Shown here one piece after another: positions 9,892-16,097 of a stretch of 64,000 nucleotides of DNA. Every line of letters begins with the position of its first letter. Positions within the stretch are counted from its first letter, which is position 1. The stretch spans positions 2,048,001 to 2,112,000 of the forward strand of contig OY969767.1 in assembly GCA_963702895.1 (NCBI GenBank), given 5' to 3'. Under the pieces are notes generated by a model that searched no databases, was not told the DNA's origin, and worked only from the letters and a program-made list of their open reading frames with translations. This DNA is from an uncultured Elusimicrobia bacterium. GTDB taxonomy: Bacteria > Elusimicrobiota > Elusimicrobia > 2-01-FULL-59-12. The position numbers and the translations under genes are program-made.

Positions 9892-10458
9892 TTACAGTGC
9901 CGATCCAGTGAAGCGCACCGTGATTTCACGTGCGGTCTGCGCGCTGACTGCGCTCGGCATCGCCAGCTTGAACCACAGGCTCACGTTCGGCGTCGCTCCG
10001 CCTGAAGTCGTGATGGTGGGATCTCCACCGCCCAAGCCCTTCAAGCCGTTGGCTCCGGTCCCGTTGAACAGGTGGTCCGCGTCAACGAAGTCCCCTGTCG
10101 CAGGGCGTGCCGCCGCTGTCGCCACGTAGAGCGCGTACTTGTTCAGCGCTACTGCCGGCGAGCCGATCGTCGCGGCCGTCCAGCCCGCGGGACTTGACTC
10201 GGTCTGGATGTTCTTCTGGACGGTCACGTCCACACTGCCCGAGTTCGACAGCGTGATGGCTGTCGCCGCCACAGACGACGTATTGACGGTGAGCGGCCCG
10301 TAGGCGTAGGTGGTCGGTGACAAGGTCAAGTCCACCGTCGCCACGGGTGTCACCGTGATCGTGCCGTCTACGGGGTTGGCGGCTTGCGCCGTCCCCAGTC
10401 CCAACAACCCAATGCCCAACATCCCAAGCACAACCTTCCATCTTGTTCTGGTGTTCAT
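9892..10458 (-). CDS. Secreted pilin-like subunit, copy 1 (putative major subunit)
   Basis: 188 aa, signal peptide AQA|A, beta-rich T/V/A/G composition, SD AAGGAGG. Confidence 0.75.
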   Translation of the reverse strand: MNTRTRWKVVLGMLGIGLLGLGTAQAANPVDGTITVTPVATVDLTLSPTTYAYGPLTVNTSSVAATAITLSNSGSVDVTVQKNIQTESSPAGWTAATIGSPAVALNKYALYVATAAARPATGDFVDADHLFNGTGANGLKGLGGGDPTITTSGGATPNVSLWFKLAMPSAVSAQTAREITVRFTGSAL

Positions 10459-10645
10459 GTGTGTAGACCCTCCTTAAAGGTCGTTTGTCTGTTCGTCCTT
10501 GATGTCATCCCGGCGGTCCGTTCGCCATTCCTCCTGCCCACAAGGGACGGTCCCTCCCCTTGGAGCTTCCAGGACGGCAGCCGAGACCCGTGGCGTTCAT
10601 AAGCGCCACAGACATCCCGATAACGTCTCGGGGATGACGGTCTCT

Positions 10646-11212
10646 TTACAGTGCCGATCCAGTGAAGCGCACCGTGATTTCACGTGCGGTCTGCGCGCTG
10701 ACTGCGCTCGGCATCGCCAGCTTGAACCACAGGCTCACGTTCGGCGTCGCTCCGCCTGAAGTCGTGATGGTGGGATCTCCACCGCCCAAGCCCTTCAAGC
10801 CGTTGGCTCCGGTCCCGTTGAACAGGTGGTCCGCGTCAACGAAGTCCCCTGTCGCAGGGCGTGCCGCCGCTGTCGCCACGTAGAGCGCGTACTTGTTCAG
10901 CGCTACTGCCGGCGAGCCGATCGTCGCGGCCGTCCAGCCCGCGGGACTTGACTCGGTCTGGATGTTCTTCTGGACGGTCACGTCCACACTGCCCGAGTTC
11001 GACAGCGTGATGGCTGTCGCCGCCACAGACGACGTATTGACGGTGAGCGGCCCGTAGGCGTAGGTGGTCGGTGACAAGGTCAAGTCCACCGTCGCCACGG
11101 GTGTCACCGTGATCGTGCCGTCTACGGGGTTGGCGGCTTGCGCCGTCCCCAGTCCCAACAACCCAATGCCCAACATCCCAAGCACAACCTTCCATCTTGT
11201 TCTGGTGTTCAT
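10646..11212 (-). CDS. Secreted pilin-like subunit, copy 2
   Basis: Protein identical to copy 1. Confidence 0.75.
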   Translation of the reverse strand: MNTRTRWKVVLGMLGIGLLGLGTAQAANPVDGTITVTPVATVDLTLSPTTYAYGPLTVNTSSVAATAITLSNSGSVDVTVQKNIQTESSPAGWTAATIGSPAVALNKYALYVATAAARPATGDFVDADHLFNGTGANGLKGLGGGDPTITTSGGATPNVSLWFKLAMPSAVSAQTAREITVRFTGSAL

Positions 11213-11399
11213 GTGTGTAGACCCTCCTTAAAGGTCGTTTGTCTGTTCGTCCTTGATGTCATCCCGGCGGTCCGTTCGCCATTCCTCCTGCCCACAAGGG
11301 ACGGTCCCTCCCCTTGGAGCTTCCAGGACGGCAGCCGAGACCCGTGGCGTTCATAAGCGCCACAGACATCCCGATAACGTCTCGGGGATGACGGTCTCT

Positions 11400-11966
11400 T
11401 TACAGTGCCGATCCAGTGAAGCGCACCGTGATTTCACGTGCCGTCTGCGCGCTGACCGCGCTCGGCATGTTCAGCTTGAACCACAGGCTCACGTTCGGCG
11501 TCGCTCCGCCTGAAGTCGTGATGGTGGGATCTCCACCGCCCAAGCCCTTCAAGCCGTTGGCTCCGGTCCCGTTGAACAGGTGGTCCGCGTCAACGAAGTC
11601 CCCTGTCGCAGGGCGTGCCGCCGCTGTCGCCACGTAGAGCGCGTACTTGTTCAGCGCTACCGCCGGCGAGCCGATCGTCGCGGCTGTCCAGCCCGCGGGA
11701 CTTGACTCGGTCTGGATCCTCTTCGTGCAGGTCACGTCCACACTGCCCGAGTTCGACAGCGTGATGGCTGTCGCCGCCACAGACGACGTATTGACGGTGA
11801 GCGGCCCGTAGGCGTAGGTGGTCGGTGACAAGGTCAAGTCCACCGTCGCCACGGGTGTCACCGTGATCGTGCCGTCTACGGGGTTGGCCGCCTGCGCCGT
11901 CCCCAGTCCCAACAACCCAATGCCCAACATCCCAAGCACAACCTTCCATCTTGTTCTGGTGTTCAT
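11400..11966 (-). CDS. Secreted pilin-like subunit, copy 3
   Basis: As copy 1 but VQKN>CTKR and LAMP>LNMP. Confidence 0.75.
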   Translation of the reverse strand: MNTRTRWKVVLGMLGIGLLGLGTAQAANPVDGTITVTPVATVDLTLSPTTYAYGPLTVNTSSVAATAITLSNSGSVDVTCTKRIQTESSPAGWTAATIGSPAVALNKYALYVATAAARPATGDFVDADHLFNGTGANGLKGLGGGDPTITTSGGATPNVSLWFKLNMPSAVSAQTAREITVRFTGSAL

Positions 11967-12153
11967 GTGTGTAGACCCTCCTTAAAGGTCGTTTGTCTGT
12001 TCGTCCTCGATGTCATCCCGGCGGTCCGTTCGCCATTCCTCCTGCCCACAAGGGACGGTCCCTCCCCTTGCAGCGTCCAGGACGGCAGCCGAGACCCGTG
12101 GCGTTCATAAGCGCCACAGACATCCCGATAACGTCTCGGGGATGACGGTCTCT

Positions 12154-12720
12154 TTACAGTGCCGATCCAGTGAAGCGCACCGTGATTTCGCGTGCCGTCT
12201 GCGCGCTGACCGCGCTCGGCATCGCCAGCTTGAACCACAGGCTCACGTTCGGCGTCGCTCCGCCTGAAGTCGTGATGGTGGGATCTCCACCGCCCAAGCC
12301 CTTCAAGCCGTTGGCTCCGGTCCCGTTGAACAGGTGGTCCGCGTCAACGAAGTCCCCTGTCGCAGGGCGTGCCGCCGCTGTCGCCACGTAGAGCGCGTAC
12401 TTGTTCAGCGCTACCGCCGGCGAGCCGATCGTCGCGGCTGTCCAGCCCGCGGGACTTGACTCGGTCTGGATCCTCTTCGTGCAGGTCACGTCCACACTGC
12501 CCGAGTTCGACAGCGTGATGGCTGTCGCCGCCACAGACGACGTATTGACGGTGAGCGGCCCGTAGGCGTAGGTGGTCGGTGACAAGGTCAAGTCCACCGT
12601 CGCCACGGGTGTCACCGTGATCGTGCCGTCTACGGGGTTGGCCGCCTGCGCCGTCCCCAGTCCCAACAACCCAATGCCCAACATCCCAAGCACAACCTTC
12701 CATCTTGTTCTGGTGTTCAT
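12154..12720 (-). CDS. Secreted pilin-like subunit, copy 4
   Basis: As copy 1 but VQKN>CTKR. Confidence 0.75.
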   Translation of the reverse strand: MNTRTRWKVVLGMLGIGLLGLGTAQAANPVDGTITVTPVATVDLTLSPTTYAYGPLTVNTSSVAATAITLSNSGSVDVTCTKRIQTESSPAGWTAATIGSPAVALNKYALYVATAAARPATGDFVDADHLFNGTGANGLKGLGGGDPTITTSGGATPNVSLWFKLAMPSAVSAQTAREITVRFTGSAL

Positions 12721-12765
12721 GTGTGTAGACCCTCCTTAAAGGTCGTTTGTCTGTTCGTCCGTGAT

Positions 12766-12845
12766 GTCATCCCCGTCCAACCGGGGATCCATTCTTTCCA
12801 TTCGTTTTTCCTCTTGGATCCCGGCTTGCGATCCGCCGGGATGAC
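12766..12845. repeat. REP-like palindrome pair (GTCATCCC...GGGATGAC family)
   Basis: gtcatccccg...cggggatcc ... ggatcccgg...ccgggatgac. Related elements lie in each 754-bp spacer and at 56829-56929. Confidence 0.75.
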
Positions 12846-12852
12846 AAAAGGG

Positions 12853-13416
12853 TTACAGTGCCGTTCCAGTGAAGCGCACCGTGATTTCGCGTGCCGTCTG
12901 CGCGCTGACTGCGCTCGGCATGTTCAGCTTGAACCACAGGCTCACGTTCGGCGTCGCTCCGCCTGAAGTCGTGATGGTGGGATCTCCACCGCCCAAGCCC
13001 TTCAAGCCGTTGGCTCCGGTCCCGTTGAACAGGTGGTCCGCGTCAACGAAGTCCCCTGTCGCAGGGCGTGCCGCCGCTGTCGCCACGTAGAGCGCGTACT
13101 TGTTCAGCGCTACCGCCGGCGAGCCGATCGTCGCGGCCGTCCAGCCCGCGGGACTTGACTCGGTCTGGATCCTCTTCGTGCAGGTCACGTCCACGGTCCC
13201 GGTATTGCTCAACGTGACCGCTGTTGCCGATACCGAAGACGCGCTCACGGCGAGCGGCCCAAAGGCGTAAGTGGTGGGTGCAAGCGTCAAGTCCACCGTC
13301 GCCACGGGTGTCACCGTGATCGTGCCGTCCACGGGGTTAGCGGCTTGCGCCGTCCCCAGTCCCAAAAACCCGAAGCCCAACACCCACGTCATGATTCTTT
13401 TCATGTTCGTATGCAT
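12853..13416 (-). CDS. Secreted pilin-like subunit, copy 5 (first in operon; different signal peptide and N-terminal patch)
   Basis: 187 aa. The C-terminal two-thirds are near-identical to copy 3; the segment around LAPTTYAFGPLAVSASSVSATAVTLSNTGT differs. Confidence 0.75.
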   Translation of the reverse strand: MHTNMKRIMTWVLGFGFLGLGTAQAANPVDGTITVTPVATVDLTLAPTTYAFGPLAVSASSVSATAVTLSNTGTVDVTCTKRIQTESSPAGWTAATIGSPAVALNKYALYVATAAARPATGDFVDADHLFNGTGANGLKGLGGGDPTITTSGGATPNVSLWFKLNMPSAVSAQTAREITVRFTGTAL

Positions 13417-13431
13417 AAGTTCTCCCTTTCC

Positions 13432-14727
13432 TTACTTCGCCACGCTGATATAGACGCGGCTGTAGACTTCCACCGGAATATCCCGTCCCTGCAGGCCGCC
13501 CTGGATGACAAACATGAAGCGTTTCCCGCGTATGGCTGGGTCATCGGGAAGTTCCAGGGTGATGGAGGTGCTCTTGATACTGTCACCGGGGACTTTGAGG
13601 TCCGTGTGTTTGACTTTGATCCACTCCGGCTTTCCGTACTCGTACCCGGACGCCGCGGCCATTCCGCCTGGCGCTGGCACCGAGGCAACCTTGAAGTTCA
13701 AGGTTTGAGGGCTGCGATTGATGAGGCTGAGTCGAACCCCCATCTCGGAGAGGTCCACCTTCTTCCCTGGCACCATAAAGCCGGGGACATACTGAAGGTC
13801 CGGCTCAAGGGTAAAGTTGAGCATCTGGTAGATGCCCTGTTTCTGCAGGCGGCGAATTTCTTCGGGGCCCGCCGAGCCGACGCTAAAACGCAATCGGCTC
13901 GACAACGCAATCCCGAAGGACAACGCTGTGACCTGCCCAGGCGGTGGTTCCGGTGTGGTCGCTGTCAGATGGGCCTGGAAATGCCGTCCCACATACTCTT
14001 CACCCGGCGGGACTTGAAGAATGACATCCACGAGACCCTCTTCGCCGGCGGCCAGCTTGAGGCGGCCAGGGACCAATTTGATCCAGGACGGATCGACAAT
14101 CGCCTCATAACCAGGCTTGAGCTGCTCTTTGCTGGGGATTTCGACTTCCACCTGGAGTTCGACTTCGCCGTTGGAGCGGTTCTCCACACGGTAAGGCAGG
14201 TTCCGCATGGTCCGGAGGTTGTAGATTTTGCCCGGCTGGACATGCTCCATGATGACGTCGGCGAACTTGGTGCCCACGTTGTAGCCGGCTTCCGCTGGCG
14301 TCGCGGAAAAGCCCAACGCGCCTGCGAGCAGCACGGCGATGAGCCCTTTCCAGAAACGACCGGTGTCGGAAGGGTAATCACCGCCTCGTTCGGCAAGCGC
14401 AACGGCCTCGAGGGTCTTACGAATACCCCGGAAACGCGCCTGTCCATACCATGGCCGGAAGGGCGTGGTCTTGGGAGCTGGCGTGGAGGCCGCTTTGACC
14501 ACATCCAAGGCGTACATCTCTTCCGCTGGAGTGGCCAACTGGTAGCGGTGAGGCTTCTCTTCGATGAGAAGCCCACCGGAGGTGAGGTTTTCCAGGATCG
14601 CGACGCAAGAGTCGAAGGGGACCCCCTGTTCGCGGCTGATGTCATGAGCGGAGCGCCATGACGTGCTCTTGTCCTTGAAGGCGCGCAGGCACATCAAGGC
14701 ATACTGAATGCTTTGCTGATTATTCAC
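13432..14727 (-). CDS. Rrf2-like winged-HTH fused via internal signal/TM segment to two Ig-fold chaperone-like domains
   Basis: N-term YALMCL...SAHDISREQGVP...ILENLTSGGLL...YQLATPAEEMYALDVV resembles Rrf2. It is followed by RFWKGLIAVLLAGALGFSATPAEA and a domain aligning with 15621..16097. GTG start with SD AAGGAG. Confidence 0.65.
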   Translation of the reverse strand: MNNQQSIQYALMCLRAFKDKSTSWRSAHDISREQGVPFDSCVAILENLTSGGLLIEEKPHRYQLATPAEEMYALDVVKAASTPAPKTTPFRPWYGQARFRGIRKTLEAVALAERGGDYPSDTGRFWKGLIAVLLAGALGFSATPAEAGYNVGTKFADVIMEHVQPGKIYNLRTMRNLPYRVENRSNGEVELQVEVEIPSKEQLKPGYEAIVDPSWIKLVPGRLKLAAGEEGLVDVILQVPPGEEYVGRHFQAHLTATTPEPPPGQVTALSFGIALSSRLRFSVGSAGPEEIRRLQKQGIYQMLNFTLEPDLQYVPGFMVPGKKVDLSEMGVRLSLINRSPQTLNFKVASVPAPGGMAAASGYEYGKPEWIKVKHTDLKVPGDSIKSTSITLELPDDPAIRGKRFMFVIQGGLQGRDIPVEVYSRVYISVAK

Positions 14728-14832
14728 GTGTGACTCCTTATGATGTTGGTAGGGCGTCTTCGCCTGAGGGAGCGGCGATCATCACCGCTGGTTGCGACGG
14801 GTGTTTCGGTAGGTACGGCCGGGGTGGGCCCT

Positions 14833-14886
14833 AAAAAGAAATAAGGCTTATCCCGTTATCCCCTTCTTCGAGGACAAGGACAAGCC
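14833..14886 (-). terminator. Intrinsic terminator/attenuator in leader of subunit operon
   Basis: Minus strand GGCTTGTCC-TTGTCCTC-gaagaa-GGGGATAA-cg-GGATAAGCC followed by TTATTTCTTTTT. Confidence 0.75.
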
Positions 14887-14920
14887 CCATGCTTGTCATG
14901 CGGCGGCCTTCTTGGCCGCC
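14879..14920 (-). promoter_or_regulatory. Putative ANTAR-binding dual-hairpin RNA element
   Basis: Minus strand GGCGGCC-AAGAA-GGCCGCC, 4-nt linker, GACAAGC-ATGGG-GCTTGTC. Hairpin 2 overlaps the terminator 5' arm. It begins ~10 nt after the ANTAR gene stop. Confidence 0.7.
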
Positions 14921-14929
14921 AGGTCTATG

Positions 14930-15538
14930 TTAAGCGGCTCTCTTGGCTTTTGTCTTTCCGCCTAAAACCATCCGGACCTGAATCAAGGAACGACACAGTT
15001 CCTTGAGTGTGATGCCCTGATCTTGGGCCATTTTTTGAAGCGTCCGGTGCGCTTCATCTTCCGTGTAGCCTTGCTGATCCATCAAAATCCCTTTGGCTTT
15101 TTCGAGAAGTTTGCGTGTTTCCAAAGTTTCGGAAAGCGTCTTCATTTCTTCTTTGAGGGATTTGATCGTTAGGAAACGGTGCCAGGCGCCCTCGATCATC
15201 GGAACGACTTGGGAGGTTTCGATGGGCTTGGCCATATAGGCGCTAGCGCCCAAATCCAAGGCTTGACGGCCGATCTTCGCTGATCCGTCTGCCGTCAAGA
15301 TGACCACAGCGGTCGTTTGAAGGGGCACGATTTGCGCAAGCGCCTCGAGGCCACTCGACTGTGGCATGTGAACATCCATCACGATAACGTCTGGCTTTTT
15401 TTCTTTCACAAGCGCCACAGCTTCCAGGCCGTTGTTGGCGATCCCGAGGATTTGATATTGGGATTGGCAGACGAGTTGCAGAACATTCAGAATGTCCAGT
15501 TGATCATCAGCAAACGCTACAGTTTTAACTCGTTCCAT
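14930..15538 (-). CDS. REC-ANTAR response regulator (AmiR/NasT/EutV type RNA antiterminator)
   Basis: Receiver motifs ADD, MDVHMP, LTA, AKP; coiled coil; ANTAR motif RKLLEKAKGILM...TEDEAHRTLQKMAQDQ. Start moved to the ATG at 15538. Confidence 0.93.
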   Translation of the reverse strand: MERVKTVAFADDQLDILNVLQLVCQSQYQILGIANNGLEAVALVKEKKPDVIVMDVHMPQSSGLEALAQIVPLQTTAVVILTADGSAKIGRQALDLGASAYMAKPIETSQVVPMIEGAWHRFLTIKSLKEEMKTLSETLETRKLLEKAKGILMDQQGYTEDEAHRTLQKMAQDQGITLKELCRSLIQVRMVLGGKTKAKRAA

Positions 15539-15545
15539 CGGCTCA

Positions 15546-15574
15546 AGTCTATGGTGAATCCGTAGTGATTTCAA
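15546..15574 (-). promoter_or_regulatory. Putative promoter TTGAAA-N17-TAGACT with AT-rich upstream element; likely leaderless mRNA
   Basis: The -10 box ends 7 nt before the ATG at 15538. No SD. A/T tract at 15575-15620. Confidence 0.6.
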
Positions 15575-15620
15575 TGTTTTTTATTGTTAAAAAGTAAATT
15601 AAACAGTTTGATATTTAGAT

Positions 15621-16097
15621 CTATTTCTCTATGGTAAAGCGCAGTCTCGAAAGTAGTCCGGGACTCACGGACACAGCTGCATCGCTCATCGGTGCTCCTC
15701 GAGTCCAGATCATGATTTGGTAGGGTTGCTCATGACGTTTCACAGAACGTGGGACGATGAGGGTGATCTGGAAGATGCCTTCCCCCCGCGCCGGGAGAAT
15801 TAATTCGTCAGGATCCAGGCGTACCCAAGCCGTCTCAGAAATGGGGATCGCCCCATCCTTCAGCTGGGCCTGGGTTGGAACGAGAGCTTGGACTTTGACA
15901 CGGATGGGCGTGTTTCCTAAGTTTTTGAGCACCAAGCCTTTGCCGCTAGGCCCGCTCACGACATAAGGCTGCCCGCTTGGAACTCCCCGAACGAAGACAT
16001 CACTGAAAGACGTGGATAGACCTTCGGCACACTCACCAAGCGGAGAAAGCGCCCCTAGCATGACACCCAAGATCAAAAAGCAACGTATTCTTATCAT
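15621..16097 (-). CDS. Small secreted Ig-fold chaperone-like protein (PapD-N/DUF916-like, inferred)
   Basis: The ATG overlaps the adhesin stop (ATGA). Signal peptide present. LVLKNLGNTPIRV...WVRLDPDELILP...SRLRFTI is paralogous to domain 1 of 13432..14727. Confidence 0.6.
   Translation of the reverse strand: MIRIRCFLILGVMLGALSPLGECAEGLSTSFSDVFVRGVPSGQPYVVSGPSGKGLVLKNLGNTPIRVKVQALVPTQAQLKDGAIPISETAWVRLDPDELILPARGEGIFQITLIVPRSVKRHEQPYQIMIWTRGAPMSDAAVSVSPGLLSRLRFTIEK

Larger units (their letters stand above)
9892..12773. repeat. Tandem direct repeat, 754-bp unit (gene plus spacer), ~3.8 copies
   Basis: ORF ends at 9892, 10646, 11400 and 12154 are exactly 754 bp apart. The sequences are near-identical, including the spacers. 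Confidence 0.95.

Noticed and set aside
10459..10520. CsrA-type GGA sites and SD-sequestering hairpin before the subunit genes
   Set aside because: The hairpin is weak and G-U rich, and GGA is expected within an SD, so it is not distinguishable from chance.
9892..12773. CRISPR array or insertion-sequence copies
   Set aside because: The units are 754-bp gene-containing duplications with no unique spacers, cas genes or transposase.
9263..13416. Type IV pilins or sortase-linked pilins
   Set aside because: The signal peptides are SPase I type (AxA), with no G|FxxxE motif and no LPxTG.
13345..14661. 438-aa plus-strand ORF and the many other antisense/shadow ORFs
   Set aside because: They overlap better-supported opposite-strand genes, have no recognisable motifs, and are expected in GC-rich DNA.
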